In this document: piece after piece, positions 5,709-15,347 of the stretch
How the letters are laid out: every line of letters starts with the position of its first letter
How positions within the stretch are numbered: position 1 is the first letter of the stretch
From: a virus
Taxonomy: Duplodnaviria; Caudoviricetes
DNA length: 62,604 nucleotides
Reading direction: 5' to 3' (one strand)
IMG/VR virus record: IMGVR_UViG_3300027898_000008
Span: 1 to 62,604 of that record
Translations under genes and position numbers: made by a program
The notes under the pieces: generated by a model
The model's input: only the letters and a program-made list of their open reading frames with translations
The model's database searches: none
Told to the model about the DNA's origin: nothing

Positions 5709-7231
5709 TGGCTAATTTTGGTGACTTCATTTCTAAGAACGTTCTACCCCCTGAGGTAGACACCTTCAAGATCTTGAGCTATACTCCTAGCCCTCGTCAA
5801 AAAGTCTTTCACGATGCTTCCAAAGAACACATCTACGGCATCCTCTACGGGGGAGCAGCCGGTGGAGGTAAGAGCTGCGCGTTCCTCATGGACGCCATCT
5901 ACAACGCAATGAACTATCCGGGTATCCGTATCGGCTGCTTGCGTCGTACATACCCTGAACTCGAGGAATCTTTCATTGCTCCTCTTGGCGCTAAATGGAA
6001 ATACGCTATTCAATTGGGTGCACGTTGGAATGGCACAAAAAGACTTTTGACATTTCCCAATGGTTCGGTAATCAACTTCATCTACGCTGAAACAGTTCAA
6101 GACGTCTCTCGTATTCAGGGGTCTGAGTACCAAGCTTTCTACATTGACGAAGGCGCCCTCATGTTGCCTGCTGTAATCCAGCAGATTGAAGAGCGTTTAC
6201 GTAGTGGTGACAAGCTTATTCCTGTCATCGGTATGCGTATCTCGAGCAACCCCGGTGGCCCCTCGCACAAGTATCTTAAAGACCGCTTCATCACACCGAC
6301 GAAGCTGGGCAAGATCCACTACTTTGAAGAGATTAAAGGTACTAACGAGACCAACGAGATTGCTTTCATTCCCGCTAAAGTAACGGATAACCCGCACTTG
6401 AACGAGAGTTACGAAAACGTTCTCAACAACATCGCTGATCCTCAGCGTCGTGCAGCTATGCGTGACGGCGACTGGGACGCAATGGTGGGACAGTTCTTCA
6501 CACAGTGGAGCCGTTCACGCCACACGGTTAATGCGTTTGAAATTCCAAAAGAATGGCCTCGCTACTGTGGAATTGACTATGGTTTCGCTGCGCCTTGGGC
6601 TGTTCTTTGGGTAGCACCTGACAACGATGGGCGACTGTGGGCATACCGCGAAATCGTTTCAGCCGGTGTTCAGGCTACTGAGCAGGCGCAATACATTCTC
6701 GCTGCCGAGAAAGCTTCCGGCGAACCTGATGTAATCCGTGTCGCTGACCCTTCTATGTGGGGTAGCCGCGGAACCCCTTTGTCCATCGCAGATCACTATG
6801 GTCTTGAGGGATGTGGAATTTACAAAGCAGATAACGACCGCATAAACGGTTGGTCTGTATGCCATCAGTACCTTAACGATGGTCCTGCTTGCGACATCCA
6901 CAGAGCAATGGGTTGGAAGACTTGTCCTATGTTTCACGTATTCGAAGAGACGTGCCCTACGTTCATCGAAACGATCCCCGCCCTACCGCGTAACCCTCTC
7001 AAGCCAGATGACGCAGCAACGGTCAATGTTGAAGACCACATCGCTGACGCCTGGAGATATGTGTGCATGTCCGTAGGGACTTATGCGCGCCCCGTTTTTT
7101 ACGATGACTCACCGGAAGCTGAAAAGCCTATTAAGTCTGAAGAGAAGGCCGAGGCAGGACCAATCAAACCCGCCCAGAACTACGCCGAATTGTTTGGCGG
7201 AAACTGGTTCAGCCCTTTTGGAGAAAGTTAA
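5708..7231 (+). CDS. terL: Terminase large subunit
   Basis: Walker A GGAAGGGKS, Walker B YIDEG, SSNPGG motif, nuclease GIDYG and DHIADAWRY. Confidence 0.96.
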   Translation: MANFGDFISKNVLPPEVDTFKILSYTPSPRQKVFHDASKEHIYGILYGGAAGGGKSCAFLMDAIYNAMNYPGIRIGCLRRTYPELEESFIAPLGAKWKYAIQLGARWNGTKRLLTFPNGSVINFIYAETVQDVSRIQGSEYQAFYIDEGALMLPAVIQQIEERLRSGDKLIPVIGMRISSNPGGPSHKYLKDRFITPTKLGKIHYFEEIKGTNETNEIAFIPAKVTDNPHLNESYENVLNNIADPQRRAAMRDGDWDAMVGQFFTQWSRSRHTVNAFEIPKEWPRYCGIDYGFAAPWAVLWVAPDNDGRLWAYREIVSAGVQATEQAQYILAAEKASGEPDVIRVADPSMWGSRGTPLSIADHYGLEGCGIYKADNDRINGWSVCHQYLNDGPACDIHRAMGWKTCPMFHVFEETCPTFIETIPALPRNPLKPDDAATVNVEDHIADAWRYVCMSVGTYARPVFYDDSPEAEKPIKSEEKAEAGPIKPAQNYAELFGGNWFSPFGES

Positions 7232-7234
7232 CCT

Positions 7235-8797
7235 ATGGCTCTTTCATCCTTCAGAACTGAAATTGCAGAGATTGGGAATCAGTATGATTCTCAGTTCGAA
7301 GAAGGCCGTGGTAAGTCTGAGCCAAAGCGTAGCGGTTTCGCTACCGACATTCCCATTGGCGGATCGACGGAATGGAACGCTGGCGGCGCTGGTACATCCG
7401 GTAGCCTCAGTCGTGAGACATTCATGCTCCAGTTGCTTCAGGCTTACCTTACCTGCACTTGGTCATCGTCTGCTATCGATACCATTGCCCGCACCGCAAC
7501 CGCTGGTGGCCTAGAGGTAGTGCCTTTGGGCGGCATCTACTCTGATCTTAAGCCTATCAGTGCGACTCCTGAAGTCAAGGAAGTTCAAGAGCTTCTTAAC
7601 TATGTCAACCCTCGTGATGACATCCGTCAGTTGATGCGCGGCGTCATTACTGACCTTGAGATCTTTGGCGACTCATTCACTGAAGTTGTGTGGAAAATGG
7701 GAAAGCCCGTCGCTCTGTACCCTCTTGACGCGACTACCATGACAATCCTTGCAGACGAGCACGGAATCGTTAAAGGCTATTACCAGAAGACGAAGACAAA
7801 TCGTACTGCATACTTTGCGACCAACGAAGTTATCCACGTGACCCTTGGCGGTGCTGGTGACACGTTGTATGGTGTGTCCCCTACGCAGAAATTGATTTTG
7901 CCGATCACAACTTGGCTCTTTGCCGGTTCGTTGATGCGCGAGACATTCAAGCGCGGTGACCCGATGCGTGCATGGGTTGACTGGCCTATCGCTCTACCTG
8001 AAGCCGAGATGAAGCGTCTGCAACAGCAGTACGCAATTCGCAACCTTGGCCCTAAGAATATTGGTAACCTCTTCGAGACAAAGGGTGGTGCCATTGTTAA
8101 AGAACTGGGTGTAAACCAGATCAACAACTGGCTTGCTACATTGCAAGAGCGTCGTGACGAAATCCTATCTGGATACGGTGTGCCGCCCTCAAAAGTTGGT
8201 GTAATTGAAGCCGGTAACATCGGTGGTGGTACAGGAACTTCTCAAGAGAAGATGTTCCGCGTCAACACTATCGGTCCTCTTCAAGAGCTAGTTCTCGAGA
8301 AGTTCTCTTTTGCTCTTCTTTACCAAGCCTACGGTGTCAAAGACTGGATTCTTAAATTCGGTGTTGTTGACTGGCGTGACGATGAAACCATTGAGTTGAT
8401 TCGTGACCAGCGTATCCGCAACGGTACATGGACACTTAACAAGGCTCGTGCCGATATCGGTGAGCCGCCTGTCGAAGGTGGAGATGAGCCTGTCTTGGTT
8501 GACCGTCAGAACATGGTTCTGTGGAAGCACCTTGAGGACTTGTCAGAAGCCAACTTGGAAGCCGCTCAGGCTCTTTCTAACCCTCCTGTTCCCGGCGCCG
8601 CACCTTCTAGTGCTGGTACCCAGAGCAAGAAAACTGGTAAGAATGCCATGAAAGGTCCTGTGACCAACCCCGGAGCCGTAAAAGCAAAGACGGTTGCTAA
8701 GCAGGGTCAAAAGGCTACACCACAGGCCGCACCGGCATCACCGGGCGGATCTGAATCATTCGAGGAAGACGACGATTATGACGACGACTCCGAGTAA
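7235..8797 (+). CDS. Portal protein
   Basis: Follows TerL; DLEIFGDSF, LYGVSP, GVPPSKVG, TLNKARADIGEPPVEGGD portal motifs. Confidence 0.93.
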   Translation: MALSSFRTEIAEIGNQYDSQFEEGRGKSEPKRSGFATDIPIGGSTEWNAGGAGTSGSLSRETFMLQLLQAYLTCTWSSSAIDTIARTATAGGLEVVPLGGIYSDLKPISATPEVKEVQELLNYVNPRDDIRQLMRGVITDLEIFGDSFTEVVWKMGKPVALYPLDATTMTILADEHGIVKGYYQKTKTNRTAYFATNEVIHVTLGGAGDTLYGVSPTQKLILPITTWLFAGSLMRETFKRGDPMRAWVDWPIALPEAEMKRLQQQYAIRNLGPKNIGNLFETKGGAIVKELGVNQINNWLATLQERRDEILSGYGVPPSKVGVIEAGNIGGGTGTSQEKMFRVNTIGPLQELVLEKFSFALLYQAYGVKDWILKFGVVDWRDDETIELIRDQRIRNGTWTLNKARADIGEPPVEGGDEPVLVDRQNMVLWKHLEDLSEANLEAAQALSNPPVPGAAPSSAGTQSKKTGKNAMKGPVTNPGAVKAKTVAKQGQKATPQAAPASPGGSESFEEDDDYDDDSE

Positions 8798-8936
8798 CGG
8801 AAAAGAGCAGCAGCCAATGGCTGGACAGCTCATGGGAGATCTTATCATCCTGCCAGGTGGCGGTATGCAAGTAACTCCATACGCTGGATTGACCGCAGCT
8901 AAGGCTGCAGCATTGGTGCAGAAGCAGGTTGGCTAG
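8778..8936 (+). CDS. Small head-region protein carrying a copy of the MCP N-terminal arm
   Basis: C-terminal LTAAKAAALVQKQV matches MCP LTAAGAAALVQKQI (12/14 identical); start could also be 8817. Confidence 0.7.
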   Translation: MTTTPSNGKEQQPMAGQLMGDLIILPGGGMQVTPYAGLTAAKAAALVQKQVG

Positions 8937-9421
8937 TGTCAAATTACCTTGGACAAGCTGGAGCGTATGCACTCCACAAGAAGTACAAGGCAGGATCACA
9001 GACTTATTCTCAGATCGAAGCCGAACGTACCAACTTGATGAAAGCTCGAGAGGCAAAGGGAAAAGCCCGAACATCAGCTCACAAAGTCACCCCTGATTTT
9101 CATCGCAGCACCGCAGCTACACGTGCTTCTTCTGCCCGTGATCGTGCTTTAAATATGAAGGACATCAACCGAGCACCCGGTCATCCCCTTGGGGATCGCT
9201 GGATGCACTATGAAAAGCGAGCAAAGATTCGCAAACCACGCATTACAGGTCGATACAAGAAGTTCGTCTCTGTAATTGGTCCCGGCAGATTTGATAGTCG
9301 TACCCACTGGGGAAAGGCTCGGAAGCCATCCCCCTTCCACAAGGTGCTTAAGCCTCGAAAGAAACGTTTTAAGCATCAGACTCATTGGCGCACCCGTGGC
9401 CATGTTGTCATACCAAGATAA
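8936..9421 (+). CDS. Highly basic (Arg/Lys/His-rich) protein, probable internal virion DNA-binding protein
   Basis: GTG coupled to the previous stop; almost no acidic residues in the C-terminal half; between portal and protease. Confidence 0.7.
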   Translation: MSNYLGQAGAYALHKKYKAGSQTYSQIEAERTNLMKAREAKGKARTSAHKVTPDFHRSTAATRASSARDRALNMKDINRAPGHPLGDRWMHYEKRAKIRKPRITGRYKKFVSVIGPGRFDSRTHWGKARKPSPFHKVLKPRKKRFKHQTHWRTRGHVVIPR

Positions 9422-9444
9422 TCTATTTCTTAAGGAGAGTGCGA

Positions 9445-11199
9445 GTGTCTAATATCTCCACTAAAGCGGCCACTATTGGTGGTACTTTTCTCCGCCCCGG
9501 TGTTTCCAAGAATAAGCGTCTCTATACAAAAGAGAACATTGGAAAAGCCGTAGCGCGAATGAATGAGTCAATTCAAAGTGGCAAAGGCCTCAAGCTCAAC
9601 ATGGCTACTAGCCACGCAAAGGCTTACGAAGACGACGCCCTCTCAACTGTTGGAATCATCACCAAGGTTTGGCAAGAAGAGGACGGCTCAGCAAAGTTTG
9701 ACGCTGATATTCTCAATACTAGTCGTGGTCGTGACATTGCGGTAGGTGCAGTTGGAGGAGCCCTCAAAGGCATTTCAATTCGCGGCGGCTGGATGAGCGC
9801 TCCTGTAAAGGTTGAATACGAAAGCGAAACTGTCACTACTTCTAGTGACATGTCTGTTGTCGGTATCGACTTTACTCACCGCCCCGGTGTCGAAGGTGCT
9901 GAAGTTGAGTACGCTTCATTCGTTGAGTCTGTTGAAAAGAACGACCCTAACGCCATCTTCGAATCACTTGATGATGTATCAGTTCTTGAGGTCTTTGAAG
10001 AGGAAGATCCCCGCACCGAGGAAGACGTTATCCGAGAAGCTGTGTCAGACGCTGTTCAGACAATTCTCGAAGCCGCTGACAAGACTCCTTATGGTGACGT
10101 AAAGTACGCGGACCCCGGATACCAGAGTGACAAGAAGAAGCGCTATCCGATCAACACCGAAGCTCACGTTCGTGCCGCATGGGCATACATCAACGTAGCT
10201 TCTAACGCCTCCGCTTACAGCTCAAGCCAACTTGCTCGAGTTAAGTCTCGTATCAAGAGTGCGGCTAAAAAGTTTGGCATCAACGTCACTGAGGACTTTG
10301 AAAACCTCGTGAGCGATATGCAAGACATTATTGAGGCATACGTCTCTATGAGCATTGACAATGGCGCCGGAACCGTTAACGTTTCTGGCTACACCAATGA
10401 CGCGGGCAAGCTACACGCTGTTGCCATGCGAGTTGCTGCCACTGCAATTACTGCTCTTACCACTCTTGACCCGGATGCTGATGGCGACATCGATATTCCT
10501 GGTGGAGATACTGACAGCGATGTCAACCCTACAAAGGAAAGCGTCGTTGACGGTTCCACCTGTTTGCTTTGCTCCGCTCCGCTTGTGGAGGGGAACTTGT
10601 ATTGCCCAATGTGCGGATCACCCGTACCGACCGCTGAATCACCAGATTCAGAAAACGTTCAGACCAATAAGGAGAATGCCATGACGGCTTCTAACGAAAC
10701 TCAAGCTGAAGTGGTAGTAGAGACTGCTCCCGCTACTGCTCCCGCCCTCACTGCAGCTGACATCGCTACCATCGTAGCCGAGGCCATCGCTGTTTCCAAG
10801 GCTGCTGACGCCGCTGCTCTTGCAGAGGCAACCGCCATCGCTGATGCTGAGGCCGCTGCTGTTGCAGAGGCTGCTGCCATCGAGGCCGCTAAGCCAAAGA
10901 CCTACACCCTTGAGGAAACTCAAGCCATGATTGCCGAAGCCGCAAAGCAGGCAGTCGCTGAGGCCGCAGCTGTTGCTGTTGCTGACTACCGTGGCGGAAA
11001 TGTTACTCGCAAGGGCGTTGTAGGGACCAGCCAGGTTGCTGCAGGATTCTCGCTTAGCGAGGACGACGAGCTAGACCCGGCTGCGCTAGCCGAGATGAGC
11101 CCTTCGGACTTCCGTAAGGTTTCCGGCGCCGCTTGGAGCAACCAGCCTTCATTCCGTGCCCGCTTTGCCAAGGCCGACGCAATGGTCAACGGCTACTAA
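9445..11199 (+). CDS. Prohead protease fused to accessory domain and scaffold
   Basis: GTG with AAGGAG RBS; GVSKNKRLY, ATSH, GISIRG, IDFTHRPG protease motifs; PYGDVKYADPG...KRYPINTEAHVRAAWAYIN (DUF6582-like); CxxC...CxxC; Ala-rich helical C-terminus. Confidence 0.85.
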   Translation: MSNISTKAATIGGTFLRPGVSKNKRLYTKENIGKAVARMNESIQSGKGLKLNMATSHAKAYEDDALSTVGIITKVWQEEDGSAKFDADILNTSRGRDIAVGAVGGALKGISIRGGWMSAPVKVEYESETVTTSSDMSVVGIDFTHRPGVEGAEVEYASFVESVEKNDPNAIFESLDDVSVLEVFEEEDPRTEEDVIREAVSDAVQTILEAADKTPYGDVKYADPGYQSDKKKRYPINTEAHVRAAWAYINVASNASAYSSSQLARVKSRIKSAAKKFGINVTEDFENLVSDMQDIIEAYVSMSIDNGAGTVNVSGYTNDAGKLHAVAMRVAATAITALTTLDPDADGDIDIPGGDTDSDVNPTKESVVDGSTCLLCSAPLVEGNLYCPMCGSPVPTAESPDSENVQTNKENAMTASNETQAEVVVETAPATAPALTAADIATIVAEAIAVSKAADAAALAEATAIADAEAAAVAEAAAIEAAKPKTYTLEETQAMIAEAAKQAVAEAAAVAVADYRGGNVTRKGVVGTSQVAAGFSLSEDDELDPAALAEMSPSDFRKVSGAAWSNQPSFRARFAKADAMVNGY

Positions 11200-11245
11200 G
11201 AACTACAACTTCAACCAACTTTTTACTCAACAAGGAGAATAGCCC

Positions 11246-12778
11246 ATGGCTAACGATCTACAAGAAGCATTAACTGCTGCAGGGGCTGCTGCCCTTGTGC
11301 AGAAGCAAATTGACCCAGTGTTGCTCGAGTACCAGCGCCGTTACGCGCCGCTCGTTCGTGCACTGCCGTCAGAGAAGTGGGGCTCAACGGTCTACTACTT
11401 CACCAAGCGCACGCAGAACCCTGCTGGTGGTTTCGTAGGTGACGGTGGCGCACGCCCTGTTGCTACGTCAACCTACGTGCAGGAAAACTTTCAGGTCAAG
11501 TTGCTCCAGAGCGTCGGTGCTATCACCGGTTACGCTCAGGCCGTAACTTCGAACCAGATCGGTGACCTCCGTGCCCGTGAAATCGAAGGCGCTGCAAAGG
11601 GCCTTTACTGGGACATTGAGAACGCTCTCGTGTGGGGTGCTGCTACTCCTACCGTGAACGGTCCTTACCCCCAGTTCGACGGACTTGACGTTATCTTCTC
11701 GTCATTCTCTTCTTCTGCAACCGGTGGCCCTTCACAGGGTGTCGGTGGTGGTGGAATCGACAACTACGGTGGTGCCACTTCTTGGGGCGCTCCGGGCTTC
11801 AGCCCTTGGGTTGACAGCATCGACCAGAACGTAATCAATGGCGCCGTTGGTGGCGTATCGGGTTACCTGTCGTACGGTCTGATGGACCAAGCGATTGACC
11901 TTCTGGAAAACAACGTTGCCGAGCCTGTTGACAGTGCCGAGTGGATGTTCGTTCTGTCGCCCTCAGCTCAGAGTCGCCTTGCTCAGCTTTCGCTGATCAA
12001 CCAGCGCTTCGAGTCGAAGGTTCAGATTGAGCCCGGTCTAATCGTGGACAGCTACCGTGGAATCCCGCTTGTCAAGACCTCGTTCTTGTCACCGCGTACC
12101 AACCAGATGGGCACCGTTGTGGCCACTGCTAACGGTACCGGTACCCTTGCGGCTACCTACCACTACCGTGTTGCTCCTGTCATCGCCCGTTTTGGAGAAA
12201 TCCAGGCTTCTGTCGATGCATCAGCTACACCGGCTACCACTGGTGTCTCACTGACGTTCTCAACCCCTTCGGGTCCTGAGGGTCTTCAGCCTACTCACTT
12301 CAAGGTGTACCGTGGCTCATCGTCAACCAACCAGACCCTTCTGGGTTACGTTGACGCGAGCTTCTTGGACGCATCTTCAGTGATCTGGCCGACTACCAAG
12401 ATCTTTGACAACGGTACTACGCTTGTCGCCTACAACGGCACCAACGTTCAGGCTTCGCCGCCTGCGTCGTATGTCTACACGAACGCTGGTATGCAGCCTC
12501 TTACCTCTTCTGGTGAGCAGAGCATCTACCTGATCTCGCGTGACGCTAGCAACATTGTGCGTCCGTTCGTTCGTGAGATGCGTACTGTTGACCTGTACCC
12601 AACCACTGCATCGCCTGACAGCCTGCCGTTCGCCTTCGTTACTGACTGCACTCTTGCCGTCCGTGCCACGAAGTACGGTGTGCGTATTGCCAACGTGATC
12701 TGTGCTCTGGACCGCACTGCTGGTAACGGTGTGATCCCAACCAACGCTAGCTACACCCCTAGCTTCGGTGCTGAGTAA
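11246..12778 (+). CDS. Major capsid protein (HK97 fold) with inserted beta-sandwich domain
   Basis: Position, AAGGAG RBS, strong codon bias, DIENALVWG and QFDGL motifs, terminator downstream. Confidence 0.92.
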   Translation: MANDLQEALTAAGAAALVQKQIDPVLLEYQRRYAPLVRALPSEKWGSTVYYFTKRTQNPAGGFVGDGGARPVATSTYVQENFQVKLLQSVGAITGYAQAVTSNQIGDLRAREIEGAAKGLYWDIENALVWGAATPTVNGPYPQFDGLDVIFSSFSSSATGGPSQGVGGGGIDNYGGATSWGAPGFSPWVDSIDQNVINGAVGGVSGYLSYGLMDQAIDLLENNVAEPVDSAEWMFVLSPSAQSRLAQLSLINQRFESKVQIEPGLIVDSYRGIPLVKTSFLSPRTNQMGTVVATANGTGTLAATYHYRVAPVIARFGEIQASVDASATPATTGVSLTFSTPSGPEGLQPTHFKVYRGSSSTNQTLLGYVDASFLDASSVIWPTTKIFDNGTTLVAYNGTNVQASPPASYVYTNAGMQPLTSSGEQSIYLISRDASNIVRPFVREMRTVDLYPTTASPDSLPFAFVTDCTLAVRATKYGVRIANVICALDRTAGNGVIPTNASYTPSFGAE

Positions 12779-12792
12779 GCACTAACAAGTTC

Positions 12793-12842
12793 TAAAGCTG
12801 GCGGGGGGTTACCCATTCCTCCACCCCCCGCCAGCTTTGGTT
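12793..12842 (+). terminator. Intrinsic terminator after MCP
   Basis: AAAGCTGGCGGGGGG/CCCCCCGCCAGCTTT stem followed by GGTTT. Confidence 0.75.
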
Positions 12843-12861
12843 TAAACACGAGAGGAATAAA

Positions 12862-13152
12862 ATGGTTTTTATTGCCAAGTCTGAACCGGGCGGGGCTCTT
12901 GGGCACGTTTGGGAATCCGCTGGTGCAGAAGGTGCCGTCGAAGTAGACGACTACACTGCTTACCACTTGCTACAGGTACCCGACGAGATGTTTTTCGCCG
13001 TTAAGCCTAAAATTGCAGAAGTAAAGATCGAAGAAGTAACGGTTGAAGAAACGCCTAAGCCAAAAGCAAAGGCAAAGAAGACCGCCGAAACACCCGAGAC
13101 TTCAGTTGACGAACTAAGTCAAGCACTTAACGAAGCAAACGGCGCACGCTAA
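12862..13152 (+). CDS. Hypothetical virion-associated protein
   Basis: GAGG RBS; position after MCP. Confidence 0.7.
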   Translation: MVFIAKSEPGGALGHVWESAGAEGAVEVDDYTAYHLLQVPDEMFFAVKPKIAEVKIEEVTVEETPKPKAKAKKTAETPETSVDELSQALNEANGAR

Positions 13153-13166
13153 TCTAGGAGAAGCCA

Positions 13167-13841
13167 ATGGCTACAGACATCGACCAGCCAACACTTGCAT
13201 CTGTCGATGACTTCCAGAAGCGTTTCATAGAACTAGCAAGGGATGCCGATCCCGAACTCATTCAAGATGCCCTTGAGGATGCTACACAGCACCTTGAAGA
13301 TCGCACTGGAAGACGACTTGCTCCGTTCACCGGACACGTCTACCAAGACCGTTTGTCCGGTATTGACCCTAATGAATTGGGGTCAGATGTAGGTATGCCT
13401 ATGGACATTTATGGTTCATTGGGTATGAGCATGGCTAACGCTTTTGGACAAAGTAGTTTGATCCGCCATTTCTGGCTTGATCATTTCGCACCAACTCGCC
13501 CAGAACTTTGGACCTATAATGTTCAGTCGATTCAGCTATACCGTACGTATGGAGACACGCAGCCTATTGATTTTGCTCACGGCGGGTTGTTGGGTCCTGA
13601 CTCCACCGATGGCCACTGTTGGCTTCGCATCGGTACATTTGCCCCCGAGGGAACACGTATTCAAGTCATCTATGACGGTGGATACACTAAAGGGACTCCG
13701 CCATCGCTACGACGCGCTTGCCTCCTTCAGGCAGCTAAGTTTTTGATTCTCGAGGCAGAGCCGCAGAACCGCCGTGACATGAACTTGGACGAGATCGATA
13801 CACAGATCGCAATGATTATTGGTCCTTGGATTAGAGGATAG
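13167..13841 (+). CDS. Head-tail adaptor
   Basis: LEDATQHLEDRTGR...YDGGY...PPSLRRACLLQA pattern of gp15/gp6-like adaptors. Confidence 0.8.
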   Translation: MATDIDQPTLASVDDFQKRFIELARDADPELIQDALEDATQHLEDRTGRRLAPFTGHVYQDRLSGIDPNELGSDVGMPMDIYGSLGMSMANAFGQSSLIRHFWLDHFAPTRPELWTYNVQSIQLYRTYGDTQPIDFAHGGLLGPDSTDGHCWLRIGTFAPEGTRIQVIYDGGYTKGTPPSLRRACLLQAAKFLILEAEPQNRRDMNLDEIDTQIAMIIGPWIRG

Positions 13842-13843
13842 TC

Positions 13844-14410
13844 ATGGGTAGCAATTATGCCAAGGGTAGAGTGTACATCACTGGACTTGACAAACTTGAA
13901 GCCTATCTAGGAATCGTGCAAAAGCGTTTACTTGATGCTCGCCCTGTTCTAAAAGAAATTGCTGTCATGTTTTCCGCCATGGAAGCACAACGTTTTGCAT
14001 CGCAAGGTGCATCTAATTTTGGAACTTCAACATGGTCCAACATAACGCAAGCTACGCAGACTCGCCGTGGTTACCCTGACCGCAAAGGTGGGGTGGCTCC
14101 AGGGGGCTACACCGCTCTAGACGCACACGGTTTTCTAAAAGAAGCAGCTATCAACCCAACAATCGAATACTCTGATGTTGGTAGTAAAATGATGAATCTT
14201 ACTATCGATCCCGCTAGCAAGGGTTCGAGAACTACATACCGACGCAACGGAAACGTCAACTACGGGGCGGTCCAAGAATCAGGTGATTCGCACACTCCTC
14301 AGCGCATGTTCGTGGAGATTACTCCTCAGTTCAGACTTATGGCTAAGAACATTGCAGCCAATTACTTTCTTGCCAAAGAGGGTAAGGATCTCATCCCGGT
14401 TAAATACTAA
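13844..14410 (+). CDS. Virion morphogenesis / neck protein
   Basis: ITGLDKL...QRFASQG...NVNYGAVQESG...PQRMF pattern. Confidence 0.72.
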   Translation: MGSNYAKGRVYITGLDKLEAYLGIVQKRLLDARPVLKEIAVMFSAMEAQRFASQGASNFGTSTWSNITQATQTRRGYPDRKGGVAPGGYTALDAHGFLKEAAINPTIEYSDVGSKMMNLTIDPASKGSRTTYRRNGNVNYGAVQESGDSHTPQRMFVEITPQFRLMAKNIAANYFLAKEGKDLIPVKY

Positions 14411-14418
14411 GGAGCACT

Positions 14419-15096
14419 ATGGCTGACAATGACGCGCCGTGGTGGTCTACTTGGAACCTTTCTTACGCCGACAGCGAATTTGGCGACATCTATGGTGGTG
14501 GCTCTGTTCAAGAAGCTTTCTACACCACTCTCCAGACTTGGTGGCCTACATACGTAGCCGAAGTTAACCGCAAACTTGGTGCATCGATCCTCGAAGTCCC
14601 TGTGGAATATCGATTCCGCCCCGACTATCGCACTCTTCCCCGAGAAGCAAGCGCCGCAATTCTTGTCACTGTTCCAGGCACCATTGGGAAGCCCGAAGTT
14701 TTTCAAGCTGGCGTTCGTGCACAATGGACAGTTGATGTAATTATCTTTGTCTATGGCACTCAAGATTGGCAAGAGACTCAAGCACTGACATACGCTTACG
14801 CTGCTTGCCTGCGAACATTGATTCTTCAACAGCGTGACCTAGGCGGTTTTGCTCAAAGCACTACTTGGGACAGCGAAAAATACTTAGAAGGCGAGCACAG
14901 CGGTACCCGTACTACTGGAGTTGCTAACCTCACTTTCACAGTCAGCCTTGGCAACGTAACCGATGTTTATGGTGGCCCACCAGACCCACTATACACGGCA
15001 CCTGGCAACCCAACAGGCCCAACAACATTGCCGCTGGCCGAACAGCCAACAGTCACAGTCGCAAAGCCAATTATTATCAAGGAACCAATAGTATGA
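14419..15096 (+). CDS. Tail terminator-like protein
   Basis: Position before sheath; AAGGAG RBS. Confidence 0.6.
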   Translation: MADNDAPWWSTWNLSYADSEFGDIYGGGSVQEAFYTTLQTWWPTYVAEVNRKLGASILEVPVEYRFRPDYRTLPREASAAILVTVPGTIGKPEVFQAGVRAQWTVDVIIFVYGTQDWQETQALTYAYAACLRTLILQQRDLGGFAQSTTWDSEKYLEGEHSGTRTTGVANLTFTVSLGNVTDVYGGPPDPLYTAPGNPTGPTTLPLAEQPTVTVAKPIIIKEPIV

Positions 15097-15347
15097 GTCA
15101 ATTAAAAGTCTTGGTACAAACATCCCACGTCATTCAAGACGATAAAGGGGCACATATGTCACCAGGCTACATGTACTCTGTCAAAGATTCCGAACGCATC
15201 CAGCAGTTCATTTCAGAAGGCGACCTTACCGTTATTCTCGAGACCGAAGTTGAGTCCGCCGAAGAAACGCTTAAGAAGTCTGCCCCCAAAATTCTCAAGA
15301 ATCAGGTAACTGATTCCGTAAACCTACAGGAGACCTCTAATGGCTAA
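15093..15347 (+). CDS. Hypothetical protein
   Basis: Overlapping start and stop with neighbours. Confidence 0.65.
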   Translation: MSQLKVLVQTSHVIQDDKGAHMSPGYMYSVKDSERIQQFISEGDLTVILETEVESAEETLKKSAPKILKNQVTDSVNLQETSNG

